Assembly (NCBI GenBank): GCA_040954595.2
Contig: CM082580.2
Coordinates: 486,783-550,782 of the forward strand
Length of the DNA: 64,000 nucleotides
DNA from: Balanoglossus misakiensis
Lineage: Eukaryota > Animalia > Hemichordata
Direction of reading: 5' to 3'
Position 1 is the first letter of the stretch, and every line of letters starts with the position of its first letter. Below, piece by piece: positions 1 through 13,100 of the stretch. Both the position numbers and the translations under genes were made by a program. The notes under the pieces are model-generated. The model was given only the letters and a program-made list of their open reading frames with translations. It had not been told where the DNA came from and ran no database searches.

Positions 1-1401
1 TTTGAAATTTTCACTCTAATTCCTCAACATACTTTTTCTAGATAAATCTTAATACAGTTATATGTACTTCATATCATTGTTAGTATCTAAAACAGAAAGT
101 AATTAAATGGACAATCTCGATGATACAAATCATGGAGAGTTGTGGGTAAAATATCGTACTGTGCCCCCTTTACCCCCACTGCTTTGAAATTTGATTTGAA
201 GGTTTCAGGGTTTGTTCTCATGATAATTTACAGATTGATTTGACAATTGGTATGCAAGTACCTTATGTCAACCACATACAATCCTGTATTTTTTTAACTA
301 ATAGTTTGAATGTTCTATTTTATGCATTTTTTGCCTTTTTCCTCATTTGTGGTAAAAAAAATTTAGTATGAAGCTTCATGTAGGTGATATGAGTTACAAT
401 ACTTTTGTTGAAATGTTGCAAAATTTGCATATTGATAATTTTGGAGCAATTTCAGCCTTGTTTAATTAATTTTTTTTCTCTAAAACCGCTTGTTCCATTG
501 CTTTAAAATTTGTTAGTCATGTTAGGGGTAGCTCAAGTAAGATTTGCATGTATGTTTTTCAAATCAACTTGATGAATTGAATAGTATATTTTTGGGGGAT
601 CAAATCAAATCAAATCAAAACAAACATTTATAAAGCGCCAGAATCAATAACAATGTTATTTCCAAAGGCGCTGAAAGTATAACATCAGTGTTCGTAGGCT
701 TTGACAAATAGAAATGTCTTGAGTTTTTGTTTGAAAATGTTGAGACTAGAAGCCTGTTGAATGTCAGATGGCAGAGATTCCAAAGTTGTGGCGCGACAAG
801 GGAAAAGGCACATCCACCATATGTTTTGAGTCTGTACTTTGGTACACACAACTGGTTCCTTGAGCTGGAGCGCAGAGCCCGACTAGGCTTATATGATTTT
901 TGATTTGATTTGGTTTCAGGGTGATTTCTCATGATGATTTACAAAACCTATGACTGATTACTTTGAAATTTGAGTAGGAAGTTAATTGGATGTGTTTGTT
1001 TAGATAATGGAATCAAATAAAGTTATTCATTCTTCACCTTCATTCTTCACCTCATTTCATTTATTGGCTGGTTTGTCTATTGTATCAGGGAAGAGTACTT
1101 GCCATCCCACCCCACCGATGCAAACTTTGAGTGGCAAAAGTAAAATTTGTCGTAACATTGAGTTAATTTGCTTTTGGGCTCACTAAAATGCAACTTTGAG
1201 CTCTGTATTTGTACAAAATTTTCATTAATTGGCTGGTTTGTCTATTGTACCAGGCCAGCATACATAAGATCAAGATGTTTTCGGGGCTGGGGGGGGCATC
1301 ATATTTTATTGCCTCTCTATGTGTGTGTCTGTCTGTCTGTACTCCTGTGTAGACTTTTTCTAGTGTAATCACTAAATGAGACCACAGTGTCCTTGACGCT
1401 A
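1..1401 (+). mobile_element. 3' part of a Helentron-family (HINE/DINE-like) element; its 5' end lies outside the window
   Basis: 1373-1406 TAAATGAGACCACAGTGTCCTTGACGCTATTTTT matches the 3' end of the large Helentron (62503-62536) with 1 mismatch. Internal stretches (246-273, 421-450) resemble 46323-46352 and 47703-47730. Confidence 0.7.
599..893 (-). mobile_element. 5'-truncated non-LTR retrotransposon 3' end (L2/Crack/Daphne, CR1 group)
   Basis: Minus strand encodes YKPSRALRSSSRNQLCVPKYRLKTYGGCAFSLVAPQLWN, then after a frameshift LPSDIQQASSLNIFKQKLKTFLFVKAYEH*, the typical ORF2 C-terminus. A short 3'UTR with AGCGCC..GGCGCT stem and a (TTTGA)n tail follows. Confidence 0.8.
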
Positions 1402-1674
1402 TTTTTTGCGATTTTCAATGACCCTGGGGTAACCTTTGACCAGCTTTCATATATCTTGGTATTCACAGCAGAATACAGCCTTGGCATACCCTGGTAACCA
1501 TGGGAACCGTTTGGGCCCAACCAATGGTGCTGGCAGCGTTAATTTTTAAATGATTTCTTCTTGTCGTTTTCTTTATCAATATGATGACTTGACCTAATCA
1601 GATTATTAAAATAATTTCATTCTTTTTTTACATTAGGTTCTTTGGTAACACTGCTGCTGGAGGGAGTGTAATAT

Positions 1675-2385
1675 TTGTAACGACGTCGCCACCTAATACT
1701 GTACTGGAGGTATGAACTTAAACTTGTAACGACGCCGCCACCTAATACTGTACTGGAGAGATGAAGTTAATACTTGTAACGACGCCGCCACCTAATACTG
1801 TACTGGAGAGATGAACTTAATACTTGTAACGACGCCGCCACCTAATACTGTACTGGAGAGATGAAGTTAATACTTGTAACGACGCCGCCACCTAATACTG
1901 TACTGGAGAGATGAAGTTAATACTTGTAACGACGCCGCCACCTAATACTGTACTGGAGAGATGAAGTTAATACTTGTAACGACGCCGCCACCTAATACTG
2001 TACTGGAGAGATGAAGTTAATACTTGTAACGACGCCGCCACCTAATACTGTACTGGAGAGATGAAGTTAATACTTGTAACGACGCCGCCACCTAATACTG
2101 TACTGGAGAGATGAAGTTAATACTTGTAACGACGCCGCCACCTAATACTGTACTGGAGGGATGAACTTAAACTTGTAACGACGCCGCCACCTAATACTGT
2201 ACTGGAGAGATGAAGTTAATACTTGTAACGACGCCGCCACCTAATACTGTACTGGAGAGATGAAGTTAATACTTGTAACGCCGCCGCCACCTAATACTGT
2301 ACTGGAGAGATGAACTTAATACTTGTAACGACGCCGCCACCTTATACTGTACTGGAGGGATGAACTTAAACCTGTAACGACGCCA
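1675..2385. repeat. 50-bp minisatellite, ~14 copies
   Basis: Unit TACTTGTAACGACGCCGCCACCTAATACTGTACTGGAGAGATGAAGTTAA recurs at 1771, 1821, 1871, 1921 and onward. Confidence 0.95.
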
Positions 2386-3166
2386 GATGATGCTCCTGTG
2401 ACCAGAGGGATGAACGACGCCATGATTTGTTGATCTGATCTAATAAATAATATTCATTCTTTTTTTTCAATAGGTTCATTGGTATTATCATCGCCGGAGG
2501 GAGTCTAATCAATATCTACAACAACGCCGCACCAGATAACAATATCAAAACCAGAGGGATGCTGTCAATAGGTTAGGCTAATAAAAATGGTTTAATCTGA
2601 GGGAATGGTAAATGGTTGATGTATGAATATGTTAGGGTAATAAAAAATGGTATAATCTAACGGAATGGTGAAGGGTTGGTGTATAAACAGGTTAGGCTAA
2701 TAAAAATGGTATAATCTAATGAAATGGTGAAGGGTTGGTGTATGATGACTAATAAGACATTGTGCACAAGGGTACTATAATAAAACTGTCTGCAAGGGTA
2801 TAATATTATGGTTTCAAGGGTATGATAAGTAATTAAAATACTATAAAAACATGAGTAATGCCACGTGGTAAATAAAAACTGTACATGTACAGAGGGTAAA
2901 TACCGGTATAATATATAAAGATGTTAACATCAATGGTGTAATAATAAAAAAAATGGGTAACACATGGTTTTGGTGGTATAATAATAATAAAATGGTATTA
3001 ACTTGATGGTATAAACATTATGGGATGTGTATAAACGGTGTTAATATTACAAAGGTATAATGATTAGTTGGGGTGTAATAATAAGAAATTTAAAATCATT
3101 GGGTAATTTATTAGTGTCAGGTTGGGTAAAATAATTGTTGCTATGCATTCGTGTAATAATTGTCTG

Positions 3167-3364
3167 CGGATTTTTTGCAGCGTTACCCGCGTTCGCGTTC
3201 TTCATTGCAGGTCGCTCGTCATGTAATGGAATTTCGCCGTGTGCCCGTTTGATTCGCCGATGGATTTTTTACAACGTTACCCGCGTTCGCGTTCTTCATC
3301 GCAGTTGGATCGTCGTGTAATGGAATTTCGCCGTGTGCCCGTTTGATTCGCCGATGGATTTTTT
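3167..3364. repeat. Tandem duplication of a ~95-bp CpG-rich unit (2 copies)
   Basis: GGATTTTTT..CGTTACCCGCGTTCGCGTTCTTCAT..GTAATGGAATTTCGCCGTGTGCCCGTTTGATTCGCCGATGGATTTTTT occurs twice. Confidence 0.85.
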
Positions 3365-6300
3365 GCTTTCGTCATCGTAATTCCCGCATCAACACGAATC
3401 CTCAATCTCGCGTAACAACAATACATCAAAATGTACACAGAAAAATAGGAGTCGGCAAGACAATTCTGGTTAGTTTGAGCCCCAACCTTTTAAAATTCAC
3501 AACGGGGGAGGGGGCAGTTTTTCCTCATTTTATATTTGGCTCGAGGTTTTTAACTGTCCCCAGGCGCGTAAAGTTAGTTAGTTTATCACACAGTATGTAA
3601 TTATCTTGCTTGATTTAAAAAAACACTAAAATTGTATGGGGGAGCTTCTTGCGATTTGCACTTAAGAAACTGATGGTTTGTACCCATAGATAATATTTAG
3701 TATTAAGCACATAATTGCCTGGAAATAAAAATTAACTCAAGGGTAGAATGCAACAGTTAATTTTGTGCAATATCAACAGGAGCTATTTTGGCACATTATT
3801 TCAGTTTGATAAACACTGTTTTTGCTCATTGTTTCATTTCGACCACATTATTTCAGTTTGATAAACACTGTTTTTGCTTATTGTTTCATTTCAACCACTT
3901 TTGTCACCTTGTTTTAAATTGAATGCAAGCATTGTTTCTGTTTGACCACTACTTGGGGTAATTGTTCCAAATTGGTATGCAAGATATTTTACATCAGCAG
4001 TTAGCCATCTAGCCACACTTTAGCTGCACAGCATATGAAAAATAATGAAATTCATGCAAAAAGCAAAAAAGTATTATGGGTATAATGCCATTGCAGCATT
4101 GGCGGTTCGACTCCGTCGATACTTACTTTGAAGCATAAGTCTTCATTATTTTTCATATGTAATAAATAAAACTCTTCCAAATTCATATCTTTGTTTTAAG
4201 TTTGTGCTTTTGCTTCAGTTAGGGGGCCCACATTTACCAAACCTGTCTTGCCATCTTTTCACATTTCTTCAAATATGCAGTGCCAGCGGTAGGCAGTATT
4301 TGATCAAATTGACCCACAAATCACTCAAAATTAATAGGCAGGATACTGTCCACTCTGGCCTGGTTACTGTCTGGCCTGCTTAATGTTGACGCAAAGGTTG
4401 ACCCCACCAAACACTCAAAATTAATGGGCAGCACACTGTCCACTACGGCCTGGTTACTGTGTGCTCTGGTTAATGTTGACGCAAAGGTTGACCCCACCAA
4501 ACACTCAAAATTAATGGGCAGAACACTGTCCACTATGGCCTGGTTACTGTGTGCTCTGGTTAATGTTGACGCAAAGGTTGACCCCACCAAACACTCAAAA
4601 TTAATGGGCAGAACACTGTCCACTACGGCCTGGTTATTGTGTGCTCTGGTTAATGTTGACGCAAAGGTTGACCCCACCAAACACTCAAAATTAATGGGCA
4701 GAACACTGTCCACTACGGCCTGGTTATTGTGTGCTCTGGTTAATGTTGACGCAAAGGTTGACGCCACCAAACACTCAAAATCAATGGGCAGCATACTGTC
4801 CACTATGGCCTGGTTACTGTGTGCTCTGGTTAATGTTGACGCAAAGGTTGACCCCACCAAACACTCAAAATTAATGGGCAGAACACTGTCCACTACGGCC
4901 TGGTTACTGTGTGCTCTGGTTAATGTTGACGCAAAGGTTGACCCCACCAAACACTCAAAATTAATGGGCAGGATACTGGCCACTCTGGCCTAGTTAATGT
5001 TGACGCAAAGGTTGACCCCCACCAAACACTCAAAATTAATGGGCACGATACTGGCCACTCTGGCCTAGTTAATGTTGACGCAAAGGTTGACCCCACCAAA
5101 CACTCAAAATTAATGGGCAGCACACTGTCCACTACGGCCTGGTTACTGTGTGCTCTGGTTAATGTTGACGCAAAGGTTGACCCCACCAAACACTCAAAAT
5201 TAATGGGCAGAACACTGTCCACTATGGCCTGGTTACTGTGTGCTCTGGTTAATGTTGACGCAAAGGTTGACCCCACCAAACACTCAAAATCAATGGGCAG
5301 CATACTGTCCACTATGGCCTGGTTACTGTGTGCTCTGGTTAATGTTGACGCAAAGGTTGACCCCACCAAACACTCAAAATTAATGGGCAGAACACTGTCC
5401 ACTACGGCCTGGTTACTGTGTGCTCTGGTTAATGTTGACGCAAAGGTTGACCCCACCAAACACTCAAAATTAATGGGCAGAACACTGTCCACTACGGCCT
5501 GGTTACTGTGTGCTCTGGTTAATGTTGACGCAAAGGTTGACCCCACCAAACACTCAAAATTAATGGGCAGAACACTGTCCACTATGGCCTGGTTACTGTG
5601 TGCTCTGGTTAATGTTGACGCAAAGGTTGACCCCACCAAACACTCAAAATTAATGGGCAGAACACTGTCCACTACGGCCTGGTTACTGTGTGCTCTGGTT
5701 AATGTTGACGCAAAGGTTGACCCCACCAAACACTCAAAATTAATGGGCAGAACACTGTCCACTACGGCCTGGTTACTGTGTGCCCTGGTTAATGTTGACG
5801 CAAAGGTTGACCCCACCAAACACTCAAAATTAATGGGCAGAACACTGTCCACTATGGCCTGGTTACTGTGTGCTCTGGTTAATGTTGACGCAAAGGTTGA
5901 CCCCACCAAACACTCAAAATTAATGGGCAGCACACTGTCCACTAAGGCCTGGTTACTGTGTGCTCTGGTTAATGTTGACGCAAAGGTTGACCCCACCAAA
6001 CACTCAAAATTAATGGGCAGAACACTGTCCACTACGGCCTGGTTACTGTGTGCTCTGGTTAATGTTGACGCAAAGGTTGACCCCCACCAAACACTCAAAA
6101 TTAATGGGCACGATACTGGCCACTCTGGCCTAGTTAATGTTGACGCAAAGGTTGACCCCACCAAACACTCAAAATCAATGGGCAGCATACTGTCCACTAT
6201 GGCCTGGTTACTGTGTGCTCTGGTTAATGTTGACGCAAAGGTTGACCCCACCAAACACTCAAAATTAATGGGCAGCACACTGTCCACTACGGCCTGGTTA

Positions 6301-9300
6301 CTGTGTGCTCTGGTTAATGTTGATGCAAAGGTTGACCCCACCAAACACTCAAAATTAATGGGCAGAACACTGTCCACTATGGCCTGGTTACTGTGTGCTC
6401 TGGTTAATGTTGATGCAAAGGTTGACCCCACCAAACACTCAAAATTAATGGGCAGGATACTGGCCACTCTGGCCTAGTTAATGTTGACGCAAAGGTTGAC
6501 CCCCACCAAACACTCAAAATTAATGGGCACGATACTGGCCACTCTGGCCTAGTTAATGTTGACGCAAAGGTTGACCCCACCAAACACTCAAAATTAATGG
6601 GCAGCACACTGTCCACTACGGCCTGGTTACTGTGTGCTCTGGTTAATGTTGACGCAAAGGTTGACCCCACCAAACACTCAAAATTAATGGGCAGAACACT
6701 GTCCACTATGGCCTGGTTACTGTGTGCTCTGGTTAATGTTGACGCAAAGGTTGACCCCACCAAACACTCAAAATTAATGGGCAGAACACTGTCCACTACG
6801 GCCTGGTTATTGTGTGCTCTGGTTAATGTTGACGCAAAGGTTGACGCCACCAAACACTCAAAATCAATGGGCAGCATACTGTCCACTATGGCCTGGTTAC
6901 TGTGTGCTCTGGTTAATGTTGACGCAAAGGTTGACCCCACCAAACACTCAAAATTAATGGGCAGAACACTGTCCACTACGGCCTGGTTACTGTGTGCTCT
7001 GGTTAATGTTGACGCAAAGGTTGACCCCACCAAACACTCAAAATTAATGGGCAGAACACTGTCCACTACGGCCTGGTTACTGTGTGCTCTGGTTAATGTT
7101 GATGCAAAGGTTGACCCCACCAAACACTCAAAATTAATGGGCAGGATACTGGCCACTCTGGCCTAGTTAATGTTGACGCAAAGGTTGACCCCCACCAAAC
7201 ACTCAAAATTAATGGGCACGATACTGGCCACTCTGGCCTAGTTAATGTTGACGCAAAGGTTGACCCCACCAAACACTCAAAATTAATGGGCAGCACACTG
7301 TCCACTACGGCCTGGTTACTGTGTGCTCTGGTTAATGTTGACGCAAAGGTTGACCCCACCAAACACTCAAAATTAATGGGCAGAACACTGTCCACTATGG
7401 CCTGGTTACTGTGTGCTCTGGTTAATGTTGACGCAAAGGTTGACCCCACCAAACACTCAAAATTAATGGGCAGAACACTGTCCACTACGGCCTGGTTATT
7501 GTGTGCTCTGGTTAATGTTGACGCAAAGGTTGACGCCACCAAACACTCAAAATCAATGGGCAGCATACTGTCCACTATGGCCTGGTTACTGTGTGCTCTG
7601 GTTAATGTTGACGCAAAGGTTGACCCCACCAAACACTCAAAATTAATGGGCAGAACACTGTCCACTACGGCCTGGTTACTGTGTGCTCTGGTTAATGTTG
7701 ACGCAAAGGTTGACCCCACCAAACACTCAAAATTAATGGGCAGAACACTGTCCACTACGGCCTGGTTACTGTGTGCTCTGGTTAATGTTGACGCAAAGGT
7801 TGACCCCACCAAACACTCAAAATTAATGGGCAGAACACTGTCCACTACGGCCTGGTTACTGTGTGCTCTGGTTAATGTTGACGCAAAGGTTGACCCCACC
7901 AAACACTCAAAATTAATGGGCAGAACACTGTCCACTACGGCCTGGTTACTGTGTGCTCTGGTTAATGTTGACGCAAAGGTTGACCCCACCAAACACTCAA
8001 AATTAATGGGCAGAACACTGTCCACTATGGCCTGGTTACTGTGTGCTCTGGTTAATGTTGACGCAAAGGTTGACCCCACCAAACACTCAAAATTAATGGG
8101 CAGCACACTGTCCACTAAGGCCTGGTTACTGTGTGCTCTGGTTAATGTTGACGCAAAGGTTGACCCCACCAAACACTCAAAATTAATGGGCAGAACACTG
8201 TCCACTACGGCCTGGTTACTGTGTGCTCTGGTTAATGTTGACGCAAAGGTTGACCCCCACCAAACACTCAAAATTAATGGGCACGATACTGGCCACTCTG
8301 GCCTAGTTAATGTTGACGCAAAGGTTGACCCCACCAAACACTCAAAATTAATGGGCACGATACTGGCCACTCTGGCCTAGTTAATGTTGATGCCAAGGTT
8401 GACCCCACCAAAAACTCAAAATTAATGGGCATGACACTGGCCACTCTGGCCTGGTTAATGTTGATGCAAAGGTTGACCCCACCAAACACTCAAAATTAAT
8501 GGGCAGGATACTGGCCACTCTGGCCTAGTTAATGTTGACGCAAAGGTTGACCCCACCAAACACTCAAAATTAATGGGCATGATACTGGCCACTCTGGCCT
8601 AGTTAATGTTGACGCAAAGGTTGACCCCACCAAACACACAAAATTAATGGGCACGATACTGGCCACTCTGGCCTAGTTAATGTTGACGCAAAGGTTGACC
8701 CCACCAAACACTCAAAATTAATGGGCAGAACACTGTCCACTACGGCCTGGTTACTGTGTGCTCTGGTTAATGTTGACGCAAAGGTTGACCCCCACCAAAC
8801 ACTCAAAATTAATGGGCACGATACTGGCCACTCTGGCCTAGTTAATGTTGACGCAAAGGTTGACCCCACCAAACACTCAAAATTAATGGGCACGATACTG
8901 GCCACTCTGGCCTAGTTAATGTTGATGCCAAGGTTGACCCCACCAAAAACTCAAAATTAATGGGCACGACACTGGCCACTCTGGCCTGGTTAATGTTGAT
9001 GCAAAGGTTGACCCCACCAAACACTCAAAATTAATGGGCAGGATACTGGCCACTCTGGCCTAGTTAATGTTGACGCAAAGGTTGACCCCACCAAACACTC
9101 AAAATTAATGGGCATGATACTGGCCACTCTGGCCTAGTTAATGTTGACGCAAAGGTTGACCCCACCAAACACTCAAAATTAATGGGCACGATACTGGCCA
9201 CTCTGGCCTAGTTAATGTTGACGCAAAGGTTGACCCCACCAAACACTCAAAATTAATGGGCAGAACACTGTCCACTATGGCCTGGTTACTGTGTGCTCTG

Positions 9301-9301
9301 G

Positions 9302-10133
9302 CACGGTTACTAGAAGAAGACGGTTAGGAAACTCTATTGTTCGGAAGGTGTGAACGAGGTGTTAGCTAGGAGAGTCCATGTCCGAACCGCTATGTGGGGT
9401 TGTATTGGGGAACGTAGCTAATTTTTGAACCCCTTCATCTGCCCTTTTTCGTCAGAGTACAGCGCCACTTTTTTTTTGTACGAATTCCATATAGGCTTAT
9501 GGAGTGCACGGTCATAGTCTGTTGGGCTTGTGACACTCTACCATTGTTTCTTGGGTGGTTAACTTAAAATCCGGATTCAAATAGCGTCGAATTTTGAACC
9601 CCTAGAATTCAACCCTGATGGTCGCATTTCTGTTTTTTTTAAATATATTTAGATATTTTACACCTTTTTGTATTGCATGGGCTATTTCGTTTATTCCAAT
9701 TGGAATATTTCGTTGAGATTCATTGCATACCCATTTCGATACAGTCGTTAATTTAACATTATCGATATAGCCTTTGGCGGCCATCTTGTTTGTTTTGGTT
9801 CGCATCGAATCTCTAGGGCACAGTCAAGACAAAGAATGTATGGCTTCATCATGTCCTTGAAAGTTCAAAATTGTCATAAATGTGTTGTGACTTTATAAAT
9901 TATCCATCCTCTGTTCTGTTTTCTTCAATTCTGGTGGTCTACGTACTGTGCGTGCAAGCAATTCCGTAAACACGAGTATGGTTTGCTTTGGATTGTGGGG
10001 GAATGACGTCATTATTCGTACGGCCAGGCTCGTTAGCACCTGATATCTTTCGTTTACACTAAGTGTTTACCGAGGCGAGCATCTAACAATGGAGAAAAAA
10101 TAGTTTCCTAACCGTCTTCTTCTAGTAACCGTG
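9302..10133. mobile_element. 832-bp non-autonomous TIR transposon, copy 1 (probably P superfamily)
   Basis: Perfect 32-bp TIR CACGGTTACTAGAAGAAGACGGTTAGGAAACT and 7-bp TSD GCTCTGG from the satellite. CA..TG ends with a 7-8-bp TSD fit the P superfamily. Confidence 0.9.
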
Positions 10134-13100
10134 GCTCTGGTTAATGTTGACGCAAAGGTTGACCCCACCAAACACTCAAAATTAATGGGCAGAACACTGT
10201 CCACTATGGCCTGGTTACTGTGTGCTCTGGTTAATGTTGACGCAAAGGTTGACCCCACCAAACACTCAAAATTAATGGGCAGCACACTGTCCACTATGGC
10301 CTGGTTACTGTGTGCTCTGGTTAATGTTGACGCAAAGGTTGACCCCACCAAACACTCAAAATTAATGGGCAGAACACTGTCCACTACGGCCTGGTTACTG
10401 TGTGCTCTGGTTAATGTTGACGCAAAGGTTGACCCCACCAAACACTCAAAATTAATGGGCAGAACACTGTCCACTACGGCCTGGTTACTGTGTGCTCTGG
10501 TTAATGTTGACGCAAAGGTTGACCCCACCAAACACTCAAAATTAATGGGCAGAACACTGTCCACTACGGCCTGGTTACTGTGTGCTCTGGTTAATGTTGA
10601 CGCAAAGGTTGACCCCACCAAACACTCAAAATTAATGGGCAGAACACTGTCCACTATGGCCTGGTTACTGTGTGCTCTGGTTAATGTTGACGCAAAGGTT
10701 GACCCCACCAAACACTCAAAATTAATGGGCAGCACACTGTCCACTATGGCCTGGTTACTGTGTGCTCTGGTTAATGTTGACGCAAAGGTTGACCCCACCA
10801 AACACTCAAAATTAATGGGCAGAACACTGTCCACTACGGCCTGGTTACTGTGTGCTCTGGTTAATGTTGACGCAAAGGTTGACCCCACCAAACACTCAAA
10901 ATTAATGGGCAGAACACTGTCCACTACGGCCTGGTTACTGTGTGCTCTGGTTAATGTTGACGCAAAGGTTGACCCCACCAAACACTCAAAATTAATGGGC
11001 AGAACACTGTCCACTACGGCCTGGTTACTGTGTGCTCTGGTTAATGTTGACGCAAAGGTTGACCCCACCAAACACTCAAAATTAATGGGCAGAACACTGT
11101 CCACTACGGCCTGGTTACTGTGTGCTCTGGTTAATGTTGACGCAAAGGTTGACCCCACCAAACACTCAAAATTAATGGGCAGAACACTGTCCACTATGGC
11201 CTGGTTACTGTGTGCTCTGGTTAATGTTGACGCAAAGGTTGACCCCACCAAACACTCAAAATTAATGGGCAGCACACTGTCCACTATGGCCTGGTTACTG
11301 TGTGCTCTGGTTAATGTTGACGCAAAGGTTGACCCCACCAAACACTCAAAATTAATGGGCAGAACACTGTCCACTACGGCCTGGTTACTGTGTGCTCTGG
11401 TTAATGTTGACGCAAAGGTTGACCCCACCAAACACTCAAAATTAATGGGCAGAACACTGTCCACTACGGCCTGGTTACTGTGTGCTCTGGTTAATGTTGA
11501 CGCAAAGGTTGACCCCACCAAACACTCAAAATTAATGGGCAGAACACTGTCCACTATGGCCTGGTTACTGTGTGCTCTGGTTAATGTTGACGCAAAGGTT
11601 GACCCCACCAAACACTCAAAATTAATGGGCAGAACACTGTCCACTACGGCCTGGTTACTGTGTGCTCTGGTTAATGTTGACGCAAAGGTTGACCCCACCA
11701 AACACTCAAAACTAATGGGCAGAACACTGTCCACTATGGCCTGGTTACTGTGTGCTCTGGTTAATGTTGACGCAAAGGTTGACCCCACCAAACACTCAAA
11801 ATTAATGGGCAGCACACTGTCCACTATGGCCTGGTTACTGTGTGCTCTGGTTAATGTTGACGCAAAGGTTGACCCCACCAAACACTCAAAATTAATGGGC
11901 AGCACACTGTCCACTATGGCCTGGTTACTGTGTGCTCTGGTTAATGTTGACGCAAAGGTTGACCCCACCAAACACTCAAAATTAATGGGCAGAACACTGT
12001 CCACTACGGCCTGGTTACTGTGTGCTCTGGTTAATGTTGACGCAAAGGTTGACCCCACCAAACACTCAAAATTAATGGGCAGAACACTGTCCACTACGGC
12101 CTGGTTACTGTGTGCTCTGGTTAATGTTGACGCAAAGGTTGACCCCACCAAACACTCAAAATTAATGGGCAGAACACTGTCCACTATGGCCTGGTTACTG
12201 TGTGCTCTGGTTAATGTTGACGCAAAGGTTGACCCCACCAAACACTCAAAATTAATGGGCAGAACACTGTCCACTACGGCCTGGTTACTGTGTGCTCTGG
12301 TTAATGTTGACGCAAAGGTTGACCCCACCAAACACTCAAAACTAATGGGCAGAACACTGTCCACTATGGCCTGGTTACTGTGTGCTCTGGTTAATGTTGA
12401 CGCAAAGGTTGACCCCACCAAACACTCAAAATTAATGGGCAGAACACTGTCCACTACGGCCTGGTTACTGTGTGCTCTGGTTAATGTTGACGCAAAGGTT
12501 GACCCCACCAAACACTCAAAATTAATGGGCAGAACACTGTCCACTACGGCCTGGTTACTGTGTGCTCTGGTTAATGTTGACGCAAAGGTTGACCCCACCA
12601 AACACTCAAAATTAATGGGCAGAACACTGTCCACTATGGCCTGGTTACTGTGTGCTCTGGTTAATGTTGACGCAAAGGTTGACCCCACCAAACACTCAAA
12701 ATTAATGGGCAGCACACTGTCCACTATGGCCTGGTTACTGTGTGCTCTGGTTAATGTTGACGCAAAGGTTGACCCCACCAAACACTCAAAATTAATGGGC
12801 AGAACACTGTCCACTACGGCCTGGTTACTGTGTGCTCTGGTTAATGTTGACGCAAAGGTTGACCCCACCAAACACTCAAAATTAATGGGCAGAACACTGT
12901 CCACTATGGCCTGGTTACTGTGTGCTCTGGTTAATGTTGACGCAAAGGTTGACCCCACCAAACACTCAAAATTAATGGGCAGAACACTGTCCACTACGGC
13001 CTGGTTACTGTGTGCTCTGGTTAATGTTGACGCAAAGGTTGACCCCACCAAACACTCAAAACTAATGGGCAGAACACTGTCCACTATGGCCTGGTTACTG

